Below are positions 26,001-39,079 of a stretch of DNA of 64,000 nt, one piece after another. The position numbers and the translations under genes were made by a program. This DNA comes from Pecten maximus (lineage: Eukaryota): NCBI RefSeq assembly GCF_902652985.1, contig NC_047023.1, positions 26,784,001-26,848,000 of the forward strand, given 5' to 3'. The notes under the pieces are model-generated. The model was not told where the DNA came from. It worked only from the letters and a program-made list of their open reading frames with translations, and ran no database searches. Position 1 is the first letter of the stretch, and each line of letters opens with the position of its first letter.

Positions 26001-27226
26001 TATTAAAGTTTGGGGAGGGCTTACTTGTGAACCACTTTTTAGCTTAGTAATCCATACAGATCCCAACTCTGTCCATATCACAGTGACTTGGAACTAATTC
26101 CCAACCCATGGTTCATACATTTGTACATTGTGTTTTTAATTGTTATTTTACATACTATGATATGGACTTTAAATCTGCTGTCACAGTTTCATTTTCTATC
26201 AGAACTCTAATTATAAGTATAGTACCTTATTTGATGTTACCCTTTTTTTCATATAAAAATCAAGTTTGTATCTGTATTTTCAGGCCTATAGTGATAATAA
26301 ATCATCAAGATTGATGACAAATTACATACCTACTGTAATGGCATATGCAGAATTTATGTGTAAATTTGTTATTCCCATGCTGAGGCTTAGATCTATTAAC
26401 TGTGTCTATTAGGGTGCACCTAAAGAGTGACCATGCAGGGAGTGACGAAGTGAAATTTTGCATGGAGTTAGATAATGGTGTCATAAGTATATCACAGAAA
26501 ACAATATCAAAAATATTAATTAACGAATTCCTGGGCATGCAAAATGTCCCTGGACACTCCCGGGCCACTCATACACCAGTCTATATACATGTATACATGT
26601 AGACAGTTGAAAACAATAACCAAAATTTCTAGGTAGTGTAGACAGTTGAAAATATAGTAACCTAAATTTCTAGGTGGTGTGTTAAACACATGTGTTAGAC
26701 TTATACGATAATTTAAGTTGACTTAAATTTTATTGTTAGAACAAGTAATTATAAATGTGGCCCATGTTCTCCAATAGAGGATTACATGGCGAGAAACGTA
26801 TGACGGGGGCTTGTCGGCGTCAACACAAAAGACTCAAACACTGTCAAATGTGATCCGACATAAAGAACAATGAAGTGTACCCGATGCCTTGTCCAGATTT
26901 CGTACTTCGATGCACTGAAACAGTTATCTATCTGGTGTACATAATGTATATTTCATCTGATTTTAGACCGCATAATTTCGATATTAAAACAACAAACAAA
27001 TATACAATGTAGAATACAAAAATGATGTTCGTAGAAACTGATCGATTGATATTGTATTCGTTGTAACCCTACTAACGTTTGACTGTCCTTACATTTTATC
27101 TAAATAACATAATAACATACTATCTTAGCTTACCTGTCGTTTTGGTGTGTAACCATTAGTTAAAACAACAAATGCTATGGATACCAACACAGAGACAACA
27201 CGTCCTAACCCTCTAGTGATCGCCAT
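20067..27226 (-). CDS. GLMP: Glycosylated lysosomal membrane protein (GLMP/NCU-G1), 6 exons, 427 aa
   Basis: Exons 27226-27134, 25854-25579, 24954-24745, 23565-23338, 21965-21673 and 20250-20067, all GT-AG and phase-consistent. Signal peptide MAITRGLGRVVSVLVSIAFVVLTNG; family motifs VKARGDEDTLHFVFTTVGTP, SIDDEYSPGVF, GFLQWKPICY, WTGSLGYGVPP; C-terminal TM helix. Confidence 0.92.
20752..21420. repeat. Degenerate ~80-bp tandem repeat (about 3 units) interrupted by a MITE, in GLMP intron 5
   Basis: gattacctcccttgttt...gtgtaaggtgagagtgtgtgggtttt...gttct recurs on both sides of the MITE. Confidence 0.7.
20873..21308. mobile_element. MITE with ~80-bp TIRs and 10-bp TSD (Mutator-like)
   Basis: caatctaattgaaatata...ggggtcacgt and acgtgacccc...tatatttcaattagagtg are inverted; flanks catgtgtaag / tatgtgtaag. 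Confidence 0.8.
23773..24116. mobile_element. Tc1/mariner-type MITE in GLMP intron 3
   Basis: TIRs gggctgattgataagttgtgagcctc / gaggctcacaacttatcaatcagccc; TA on both flanks. Confidence 0.85.
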
Positions 27227-28650
27227 CTTGAAAGTGGTTGAAGTCACATGATTTTTATGTCACAGTCAGCTGACCATTGTTATTTGACGTTGAGTAAGAG
27301 TTATCTCCCCTTGAACGCATCAAAGCCTAGTAGGATTTTCAGAAATGCTGTGGCGCAGGTCCTTTTCAGACGCACATATTGTCACTGTAAGAAGTATGTA
27401 GCAATATATGAAACAAATGAAATCAAAAGAAGAGGAGTTTGGCATCCAGGAAATGTGAAGAACCCCAGATTCATTAAATTCTTTTAAATCAAGGAGATTA
27501 TCATTTGATTTTAAAAAGAAAAATCATAATTAAGGAACTTTCCTTCAATTCTGTTATATTTTCATAGTGTACAATTTCAATAGAATAATGGAATTCCCTC
27601 CAGTGTGGGGACGTTGGTGGAATTGGAGCCAGGACCGGTGTAATTACGTTTAAAATGGACCCCCGTGAAAAATGGATCCATTTCAACCGGGGTTCCGTGG
27701 AAAACGAAACCAAGTATTAAATTTACTTTACATACCGGTTGAAAATGGACCCCGTTGAATAGTGAACCACATGAAAGTATTGTATCTCGGTACCAATTTA
27801 CATTGCCATAGACGTTGCAATAAGATATGCTTACATAATACAATGTATAAACGATATTGAAGGACATTAGTAAAATAAAATGGCCAGTGACCTTTGATAT
27901 CACATTAGGCTGTTATGAGAAGTGTATATACAATGTACATGTATATAATACTTATGTACATTCATAAACACTTTAACTCGTGACATCTGGTGACCAGATA
28001 ATGACCATTAGCATAACTTTAAATATCATATATATTTATATATCGACATTGATTGATAATTTGACCCATGACCTTTATTGAACAAGATAATGACCTTTCG
28101 TATAACTTTACACTGTTCATTGTTTAAGAAAAAATGCATATAAAATGTCTCTGAAAATGTGTACGATATTGATTGACATTGATTAATAATTTGACCTTTG
28201 ACCCTTAGCGATCCATATAATGACCTTGGCTATAACCACTATGAATGTCCTACTAACGCATGGTCCTAAGGATGTCCTATGTGTTTTCATTTTACATGAG
28301 ATTTATGAAAACCGTCTTAAGGTTTTTTTTCACTTTACCGAGGCTGTTAGTTATTGCATCTATACGTCATCACTGCTAAATCAAAATATCGATTTGTTTC
28401 TTTTCAAAACACAAAGCGTTATAATCAGTGGCCAAAGATTGGTAATTAAAATCGTCTCCCGGGCGTTCTATCGATGTTAATATATACATTTGTATGTCGA
28501 AAGATAAGTGCATTTGTGCATATGTTGGGGGTTCAACATCCATCACTGGGTTATATGAGGATGGGTGGAGACATTGGTATATATTGTTTTGAAATGCATT
28601 TATACGAAGGTTGATATCCAAACTCCCATTTCTGATAGAGGACAAGACAT

Positions 28651-29022
28651 TATATAGAGGATATCTAACAGTGTCTTCAGTAATACCAAATATATTTCAC
28701 GAGTGGGGCTAATATTTTGATATTTTTCACGAGTGCGCAGCACGATTGAAAAATATCAAAATATTAGCCACACGAAAATCCTACCCCGTATGCTAACTAG
28801 GACTACAGCGATAATTTGTAAACAAAAAAAGTAGTTTCCCCTGTCCAGGTGCTGACATATATGTCGGGCTTTCTGATTGGTCAATTATTTTGGTATTTTC
28901 TAATCATTAATTTGATTGGTCAAATCAGCAAAAGTGATATTTTTCATGATATTCTTCACTAGTGAAAAATATCACTTTTATAGAATGAATAATTTTTGAT
29001 ATTTCACTGGTAAAAATGTTAT
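28651..29022. mobile_element. Palindromic (foldback) non-autonomous element, copy 1
   Basis: Hairpin ggctaatattttgatatttttca...tgaaaaatatcaaaatattagcc; homologous copy at 56260. Confidence 0.75.
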
Positions 29023-29222
29023 AAAAACTGTTATGTTTAATATTCTAAATTATCAAATATCCTAACTCTACCAGACAGATTTTTTTTGAAGTATGAATTA
29101 TTTTGATTGACTCATTATTCCTTGCCTTAGTTCTGAATTAACACTCGTCGGTGCCTTGCGTGGAAATAGAATGATGTAAAAACCTGTGTGGTGTAGTTTT
29201 ATCTACCATTTTATTATATACG

Positions 29223-32141
29223 CTGTAGATACAGAGATATCATCTGATCACCATCCGATCACTGCTCAATTTCAACTTGAAGTTGCACGATATAAAACTT
29301 TTAAACAAGGCTATCCCGTCCCCGCTTGGTCAAAGGCTACAGTTGATAATCTGATAGCGTACCAATTGTTAGTTGATTCCGAAATCAAAAGTCAATCTGA
29401 TTTAAGTCACTTTGACGTCACAACACACATCGAAATGCTATGTAAGCAATTGACCCTTATACTGCAAAATTCAGCTCAACATTGCATTCCACGCTCGAAC
29501 TATAATCCCGGGTTAAAGCCATACTGGACCAAGGACGTCCGAATGTCTCATAAAATCGCCAGAACTAAACGGAAAATTTGGATACAAGCAGGAAGACCAA
29601 GAGGAAATCAACATAGTACTTTCCGTGATTATGAAGCTGCAAAAAGACATTTTCGGATGATCCATGAGGAAGCATATAATGACTATGAAACGAACTCAAA
29701 CAGAGAACTCGGCGAGGCGGCTGATTGTGGTATTCGCCTGTTCTGGCAGTTGATAAGGCGACGCAAAAGACAGCCACTGAAGATTTGTAACGAAATCCGA
29801 GAAAATGATACAACAGCTCGTGACCAGGAAAAAATAGCATATCAATTTGCATTTTTTTTTCGAAAATCTATATCACTCCTCAGATGATGATACCTTACCC
29901 GAAATCACCGAGAACTCGTGTGATGAACATAGTGAAGAACTAAGCCGTGAAATCACATTCGACGAAGTTAAAGAAGCTATATGTAAAAGTAAATTACGGA
30001 AGGCTCCGGGAGTCGATGGAATAACAAATGAGCATATTAAATATGGTGGTCGGACATTAATCATTTACCTAACGAAATTATTCAACATTGTTACAATCAG
30101 TCCTAAAATTCCTGAAGGATGGAAAAGGGGTGTTATTATACCAATATACAAGGGAAACAACAAACCAAGATCGGGCCCCGGAATTACCGCCCATTACACT
30201 TTTGCCTGTAGTATATACGCTATATGAAAGTATTCTCCACAGACGGCTCACTTCATGGCTTTCGGAAAATTGCCCAACCTTTCCAAATGAACAACAACAG
30301 GGCTTCCAACGTCAGGTCGGTTGTCAAACAGCGTCATTTAATCTTCAGGAAACACTCTATGCCAATATTGAACAACAGAGCAAAGTGAATGTTGCTTTCC
30401 TCGACATAAAGAAAGCATTTGATACTGTGTGGCATGAGGGACTCATACAAAAACTGAAATCAAAAGGAATTAACGGAAAAATACTTACCATCATCAACAA
30501 CACATATACAGAACTAAAAAGCACTGTACTATGTAATGGAACTAAATCTCGTTGGATCAACATGAAACGTGCATTGAGACAAGGAGGGACTTTGTCTACA
30601 TTATACTATCTGATCTTCATTGACGATCTTCTGAATGACTTGATGGATTCAAATCTTGGTTCGCCGTTAAACGCATTACGCTGTTGTAGCCCTACGCTCG
30701 CTGATGACATTACATTATTAGCGCTGTCGCCACGTTCGCTGCAATGCATGCCTTCTCGATATTTGCGAAAACTATTCATCCCAGTGGAGATTCTTATTCA
30801 GTGCTACAAAAAGTTGTACTATGGTGTTAGGTGGACGATTCAACAACACTAGCTTTCACTGGAGCCTAGATGGAGTGGAATTAGAAACAAAAGAGGTCCA
30901 TGAACATCTTGGAATTCTAATATCCAGCAATTTGTCCTGCTCGAAGATAGAAAAAAGCTGTTAAAAAGGACGCGCATTGCTTTTCTCTGTTCTTGGAGTT
31001 GGAACACATAACTGTAACATCAATCAAATGACATACCTTAATCAATACAGAAAAGTTGTATTACCATCGGTACTATAAGGTTGTGAAACTTGGAACAATA
31101 TTCGACAAATTGATAATGAAAAACTATCATGTTTCCAACATCTAGCAGCTAGGAGAATACAGGAGTTCCCTGCACACACGCGCTCTGATATAGCAGAGAG
31201 TATGTTAGGTGAAATTGACAGAAGAAAATTACAGTTCCTATACCGCCTTATAAAACTTCCAAATTATTTTCTGGCAAAGAAGGTATTTCTAATTCGTTTA
31301 TATACCTACCTTAGCAATGACATTCCAGAACAAAAAGGATTTATACCCGATATGTGCAATCTACTGACTAAATATAACCTCATGGACCTGCTGGAACATT
31401 ATATTCTTACCAAGATAGATTTCCCATCAAAGTTGTCATGGAAGTTACTCATAAACACTTCAATCAGAAACGTCGAAACGACCCTATGGCCTGACCGAAT
31501 GGACCAGGAAAGTGCTTTCTCCAGATTCAAATGTACCCATCATCAGATCTATCCCCATGGACTTTGGCTTAACCCCAAATCATCCCCAGACCCTGCTTGT
31601 GCGCGCTTCGTGTCAAAATTACTAACTTACCCTCCACAGAATAATGAACAGAGATGCACATGTAGCAAATGTGGAAAAATAAGATCTGACATCATACGAC
31701 ATTACGTGACGCAGTGCGATTCCACACATCATCATACGACATTACGTGACGCAGTACGATTCCACACATCTTGTAAGAGACAAATTCATGACAGATGCCC
31801 TAGACTTATGCGATACAGAAACTTGTATAGTGTTGGACAATACTGCCGACGAAGAGTTTGTCCAGATATTATTTGGAAAAACCAACGATAGAATTGAAGA
31901 TATCAGAACTCTACAGATGATGGCCACTCGATTCCTGAGAGCTGCATCGAATGTATATCTTGCAGCTGAGGACAGATTCTAAAACACAGGAAAAGCGCGT
32001 CGCGACGCGAACGCGATGACCCATTTTTTCATTTCCTTCTCTTTTGAAAATCATTGACTGTAATACCAAAAAATAATTGCTTTGTATTTATCTGTATTTT
32101 CTGTATCTCTTTAAGAGGAATTAAAGAATGAATGAATGAAT
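29223..32141 (+). mobile_element. 5'-truncated, decayed LINE of the same lineage as 7536-12957
   Basis: Colinear with copy 1 from the end of APE (SDHHPITAQF) through RT (DIKKAFDTVWH, LRQGG, LADD) to a similar 3' UTR and (GAAT)4; several stops and frameshifts; internal 40-bp tandem duplication 31691-31770. Confidence 0.92.
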
Positions 32142-34000
32142 CTACGAGGAATTCACAAACTTTGCCCGTGTGGTGTGGTTTTATTTTTAATTTTATCATA
32201 CATTATATCTACGAGGTATTCACATTCTATGGGTTTTCCTTCCATGTGTTTCATTTACAAATGACTGTTACACTGTTGACCCTTAACATAACTGGCGAGT
32301 CCTAGAAGGACGAACCAACTGTATGATGGTATTTCACATAATCATGAATGTGATATTGTTTTACACTTGAGTTCTCCCCGAGGAACTTCGGTTTCCTCCC
32401 ATCTGAAGACCCTCCCCGCGCTTTGAACAAAAGTTGTTTCGCTTGTTTTGAATGTTTCGCAAACGTTGTAAATTAAATAAAGTTTTGTAAAACTTACATA
32501 AAATATGTTTCCCACTTTCCAAGAAAATAGCTTTTTAATGTACGAAAGAAATAATAATAGCATGTGCTTTGTGGTTTCTACAGACTTCCACAATCCAAGG
32601 GACACAACTTGTGTAGTCAGGTAGCCTGTGTGATCATTATCAGAGATGTGTTTTTCGCATGCAAAACTAAACCGACAGATGTTAATAATGAATTCTATTA
32701 TATATCCAGATTTATTTTCCTCTCACTTTTCATGTGAATTTTGAGACTTAATGATTTTGCGATATTTCATATTTGTTTTGCAATATTCACATGTCTATAA
32801 TGTATACAGAGTGCTCCCATACTATTGTGGGGAGGGTTTTTTTTTGTTGTTGTTGTGTTTGGAAAAATACTGAAAAGTTAGTGAATTTTGGAGTTACCTT
32901 GAAACTCACATTGTAGTGTATTGACGAAGCGGGACAGGCAAAATAATACTACTATACGTTACTTATACATTTTCTTTTCCTGGTAACTATGGAAGTATTG
33001 AGACTGGAAATTGCTCCACACCAAAGACACTATTAGACCACTCGATTGATTTGTGTAGAAAGTTTTGGGAAGTGATATTAAATGGTGTAGGAGTTGTGAT
33101 CCGGTAACGCCACCGGACGAAAGGACGGATGGACGAAACCCTTTGTACGTGTACTATCTCCGCCAACTTTCGTTTGCTATGGTCAAGTGAAGCGCACCGC
33201 TCCACCCTTAATATGTTTTATTAGGTTAAGAGAAATAATTACGCTAAAAAATTAAAAATCAAATTAAAAGTAAATTATTATGTGGCTTCACTTTACCATG
33301 GGTGTTCATTTACCATTATGGTATTTGACTCCGGTTCATTTCACCATGCTTCAAAATATAATGCCACACCGGTAAAACAGACTTATATGTAGATGGCACT
33401 TATTTCCACTAGTACTGCATGTGTACTGAGTATAAAGTATGTGTATATACTGCACAGGGATTGTTTACCAATGGATCTCCTAGCTCTGGAAAATGCCGAT
33501 CTTGAAGTGCTATCAAAATGTTTAAAATATCTAATTAGTCATGACAGAGATCTATAGTAGATCTCTGTTCATTAGCGGTTGTCAAGCTGTGAAATCTGAT
33601 AATTTCCGATGTTTTGATATAAATAAGAGCAGTGGCTACCTTTAAAATATGAATCCAAAACTTGCACGGTAGTCTTATCTGAACACTTGAACACGCATGT
33701 AATGTTGAATGTTTACATTTCCTTATACACCTCACACTGCAGACGACAGGTATTACGTGTACCAGTTACACACCAGAAAAGGTACGCGTGTGAAGTATGT
33801 ACACGGGTACATAAAACACAATAACTAATCTGAAAACTTTAATTTTTAGGGAAATATTTCGAGAACCAATACCAGCATAACTCTACCACATTGTAACGGT
33901 AGCGGCTTTAAACAAAGTACAGGGATGATTGAAAAGGAAGAAATGAAATATAATGATGTAAGTATAATACTACAGAATGTGCGATAGGCTGTAAAACAAC

Positions 34001-34085
34001 TGTACTTCCTGGTTGTTATCAAACATTTGATTCGTCGGACTGATAAACCTTTGCACCATAATTATGACGTCATGGTGTATATATG
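34001..34085 (+). promoter_or_regulatory. Putative promoter of CABIT-SAM gene 1: ETS+GATA block and TATA-like box
   Basis: 22-bp tgtacttcctggttgttatcaa is identical at 42890-42911 in the paralog despite diverged surroundings; ggtgtatata follows in both. Confidence 0.45.
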
Positions 34086-34174
34086 AGTTTTGGCATGCTC
34101 GAATAATCAGCTCTGCCATCAGATTGCATTCAATGAGTACGATATATTTGCCTGTGTGGTAGACGACTAACCTC

Positions 34175-37100
34175 ATGGAGAAATGTACTCTTACAAGCGT
34201 TTTACAAACTCTGGTATACCCTACCACTATTAGGATTGTTAAGGGGGACCTCACGTCCGAGGAAGGTAAATATTTCCCGGACAAACGAAATAATGTCCTC
34301 ACTTTATATGGACGCGGACTTAGGATTTATGTACCCCCTGCCGCCAATGCTGACCTGAGACTCAGATGTAAGGACTCGGATACTTCAGACCGAACGAGGC
34401 GGAAATCAGCTGATGCTGATGATGGAGAAGAGTATACTAACACAGAAAACCTATTCACTAACAACATATTTGTGTCCGATAAAACAGACTTAAAAGATAA
34501 CCATTTCGCAGGCAAGGTTTATAGAAATGTTGCAGACATTCTGAGTGATATGCCGGCATCAGTGAAAGCTAATAGGCCCCTCTTCGGATGCGGTGAGGGT
34601 AATCATATTCGGATGATTTCTGAAGGTGAGGTGCTACAGATCGACCGGTACAAAGATGGAGCAACTAAGAACATCCTGACCGGCTCTGTAAATGGTGAAC
34701 GTGTTTCCATACAATTATCAAATGGATCCGTCGACGTCACTGCCCTGCCAGATCCCAAAGCAGATAACACTGTGATAACTGCTGGTGATGTAATGGATTT
34801 CTATCGACCAAAGGAAATGGTATTTGAGGATGAAGATATACATCAGACATATGAAATAGAGGTAGGGCTTAATGTGTTACCGCTAAACGAGAAACCGTTA
34901 CTTTGTGTGTGTTGTTCGGACGGATACAGCAGCGATCGAATCGAGAATCTTGACAATGACATGCTGAGTATACAGAACGTTTGGTGCCTGAACGTTAGGG
35001 AGGACGTAATGAGTGGAGTTATTGTACAGGTCATCAATACAGATAAGGACTCGTCCTTCAAAGCTGTGTTTGGCAAACACGTGGGAAGGGATCCTGATGA
35101 TTTCAGCTTATACAATCTGTACGGCAAACACTTGTCACGTGAGTATCCATTGTATGACTTCTATAATTACAAAAACGAAAAAGGATAGGGAACAAAATTG
35201 AAAATATTTTTTGCAAGTATATTTATATAAATACAACTAAAGTATATATTTTCAGATGTGTATTATGGTTAGGCACTCTTGAACATTCACCGGTACCTGA
35301 GGTAGATATATGTAGTAGTCTTAGGTGTATACAACACGACGCATATATACTTTGTGTGAATCCATAGTCAAGGAAAGTGTAAATATGGTTGTCAAAAATT
35401 ATTGCTTAAGTAGAATCTGTCGGATACGCCTTCGACATGTAATCACTCAAATCCGAACTTTAATCATACTCCTATATTCAGTGCGTCATTCCCTTTCTTT
35501 AGAATGATTCCCTGCAGGTAGGCCGTAAGAATCACACCAGTTGCACCCATTGCATTATCGTAGGAGGCAACTAAAGTTGGGATCTTATAAATACCCTTTC
35601 TCTTCTTTCTGAACAATCACTGTATCATAGCTGCACCTTGAACCCTAGGATCGATGTACAATATCTTCACCTTGTATCATAGATGTATCATATTTCATTC
35701 ATCTTGTTCTTGGAATATATATATTATGAAGAGTTGACCTCTTCCAGTACGAACTCATTTTCTAGAACATGGGTTCTTATTATGACCCATTTCCCAGTGT
35801 TGCAAGTGTACAATGTAGCAAAATGACCCCAGTACATCGAAATATATACATTGTACAACAAGCTGTCTGGGAAATAAGTTGTCGTGTACTTTTAAAAACA
35901 AACACACATTTTTTCAGTTTTTTTTTTCCAATACATTTAATTTTAATAACTTTGAACATTGCTATTTCAGTGCAATTTTAACAAATCACTTAAGTTGTTA
36001 CGTTTATCAAATTAATACTAAAAAAAACAGGTTATAATAGCGTATGGGGTAGATAATATTTATGTATTGCCAATAAATGAAGTCTAATTGATCAATTCAT
36101 TCTAAATTGGTACCATGATATAGATACTTCCTCAGAATTTATTCGGTTTTTTTTTAAATGATATTGGAGTTAGAGACGTATCTACTCAATCATAATCGGA
36201 GGAAAGAAAAAAGCTTAATGCAGATTTAGGACATCTAATTTTATATTACTGTAACAGAATCACTGCCTCCGCTAGGGATCGAATATAACCCGTCCTGGCG
36301 TAGCTCAAGCACTTCTGACACCAGGGTTACATTACAATTTGAAAGTGGTCGATTGGCTGGTGTGTCCCCACAAGATAGGGAATGTCCATTATGTAACATA
36401 CACATTTACGACGAGTTTCATTACATGTGTATTTATAAATGCGAAAATAACTCGGTGAAGGAAATACGTGACAAATACATACCAGAGTCCTATTACAAGA
36501 TTCCAAGCACTATGAAAATGAAATGAATGTTCACGATTTACAACACTCGACAATTTAAGAATTAGGTAAAAAAAAAAAAAAGGGGGGGGGGGGGGGGGGT
36601 ATGTATGTGCGTGCGTGCGTTCGTCTGGCGTGAACAATGAAATTGTGAAACTAATAATAAAAAAAAACGTATCGTATCTTTACTTCAAAATGTACCTAGA
36701 TTAAACTTCAATTAATCTATCTCTTACATTTATATCATTGTACCGTCAATTATCTTGACCTGTACTTTTTATCCTCTAACATTTATATCATTGTACCGTC
36801 AATTATCTTTACCTGTACTATTTATCATCTCTTACATTTATATCATTGTACCGTCAAATATCTTTACTTGTACTATTTATCCTCTCTTACATTTATATCA
36901 TTGTACCGTCAATTATCTTTACCTGTGCTATTTATCCTCTCTTACATTTATATCATTGGACAATTAATTATCTTTACCTGTACTATTTATCCTCTCTTAC
37001 ATTATATCATTGTACCGTCAATTATCTTTACCTGTGTTTTTTATTGTCTTACATTTATATCATTGTACCATCAATTGTCTTTACCTGTACGTTTTATCCT

Positions 37101-39079
37101 CTTACATTTATATCATTGTACCGTCAATTATCTTTACCTGTGCTATTTATCCTCTTACATTTATATCATTGTACCGTCAATTGTCTTTACCTGTACTATT
37201 TATCCTCTTACATTTATATCATTGTACCGTCAATTGTCTTTACCTGTGCTATTTATCCTCTTACATTTATATCATTGTACCGTCAATTGTCTTTACCTGT
37301 AGGTTTTATCCTCTTACATTTATATCATTGTACCGTCAATCATCTTTACCTGTACTTTTTATCCTCTTACATTTATATCATTATACCGTCAATTGTCTTT
37401 ACCTGTACTATTTATCCTCTCTTACATTATATCATTGTACCGTCAATTACGTTTACCTGTACTTTTTATCCTCTTACATTTATATCATTGTACCGTGAAT
37501 TGTCTTTACCTGTGCTATTTATCCTCTAACATTAATATCACAAGTTCAAGCTCACGTTCTTTTAATGATAGTTTTAAGCCAAAGTTTATCAGTAAAATTA
37601 CATATTCAACAAATCCTCACATTCCTCACACATACTCACAAACCCACACTGGTTATAGCTAGAATAGTGTAAAGAAATGTACCTCACACTCTGGTAATTA
37701 ATTTTACACAAGAGGTCTGAAAATAACGAATTCAGCCATAGAAATTACAGCAGTACATAATTTATTTATAAATACGTTATAGTTTATATATTCACGTTAT
37801 GTATAGAATAATGAATAAATATAGATTGGCAAATTGCCCAAGACTGATTGAATTTGATAATACAGAACATATATTACGTCTCATATCATAACAGCGATCT
37901 CGTTTTTGGTTAAGGAAATGAGTTTGCCAGGTTGGTCAGATCTTTTTCTTTTCTGTGCATATTAGTTTTATAAATGTATACATGCTTGATCTAGTAAAAT
38001 AATATTTTATGAACTTACTTTTCAACTCTGTATAGCATTGGCATTGGAATTCATCTTTTATATCTCCATTATTACAAACATTGCACTTTCTAAGGTTACG
38101 TGATATATCATAACATCCAAACTCTACTTTTAAATTATGTGATGACATTACCTATAGGCATAGTTCAATATGTTTTTTAACCAAAATTATCACTTAATGC
38201 TTATATAAGGCACACTTCAAAGTAGATTTAATCTTTTCTCTAAACTCTTGTTGAAATATATCATGTATCTTAATTTTCGACAACTTCGAAATCTCTATCG
38301 CTTTTATAATCATAATACCACATATATCTCACGAAATCAATTAACCCACACTGTTTATCTAACGTTTCTTGATAGCAGGCTTGCAAAATACTATTGTCTG
38401 AAGATACCCCTGTACCATTGTACAAATACAGATATATTTTTCAGCCGACTACATGGAACCTATACCTCGCCGAGATCCTGGGGTCCAACCGCCCATTTTA
38501 CCATTTCGGCGATCTAAAAAGACAAGTGAAACATTACAACGCCTTCCCATGGCACCATTACCGCCAATACATGTATGTGATGGACCTCATCATCAACCTT
38601 CTCCGTCTGCAAAGGGCAAACAACAGTCTTCGTCACCGATCTTCACAGAAATGACTATTAAGGACGAAGGAACATTTCCAGAAGATGCACCACATCCACA
38701 CAAACAAAAACCAATGGCAGTCACATCAGAAAACTACGTCAACATTGAGGAAAATGAGCCAACAGCGGCCCCACCTGTTTCACATAATGCACCATCAGCC
38801 GTATCGACGAATTGTAAAGACGATCCAAACTCAACTGATGAATTCAAGATGTTGAAGCACGATACAATAAAGATAGACAATATGACAATATCGGAACTTG
38901 TAGAGATGTTCCGGTTTTACAAACTTGACCACATGGCTGATGTCTGCATGGAACATATGGTTGATGGTGTGACATTGTTAGAGTTAGATGAACAGGATCT
39001 TAAATGCGAACCATTTTGCCTCAAGGGGTTAGCCTTAAAACGGGTTCTGTTACTCAAGCAAGGGCACCGACCGAAATGA
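34175..39079 (+). CDS. GAREM-like adaptor 1: CABIT domain, Pro-rich linker and C-terminal SAM (2 exons, ~532 aa)
   Basis: Exon 34175-35138 (TCA C|gtgagt) and exon 38445-39079 (ttcag|CC GAC TAC ATG) join in phase 1. LTSVLQTLVYPTTIRIVKG, YRNVADILSDMP and ISEGEVLQI match the CABIT pattern by eye; SAM MTISELVEMFRFYKL...VDGVTLLELDEQDL...LKRVLLLKQGHRPK ends like GAREM (GWRPK). Confidence 0.8.
36716..37527. repeat. 53-55-bp AT-rich minisatellite, ~15 units, intronic
   Basis: Unit ctcttacatttatatcattgtaccgtcaattatctttacctgtactatttatc. Confidence 0.95.
37880..38230 (-). mobile_element. Decayed LINE ORF2 C-terminal fragment of a different family
   Basis: MSSHNLKVEFG...RKCNVCNNGDIKDEF..C..Y.EL matches the S-H-L-x-x-E-x-G / CxxC / EDE zinc-knuckle tail of CR1/L2-type ORF2. 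Confidence 0.7.

Noticed and set aside
27635-33372. One 5.7-kb DNA transposon bounded by ccggtgt...acaccgg
   Set aside because: Only 7 bp of perfect inversion, different subterminal repeats and no TSD; more likely ends of two separate elements
36568-36599. A-run/G-run as a functional G-quadruplex element
   Set aside because: Isolated intronic homopolymers with no supporting context
36755-37662. Hydrophobic Tyr/Ile/Leu-rich membrane protein ORFs
   Set aside because: Translations of the 53-55-bp intronic minisatellite
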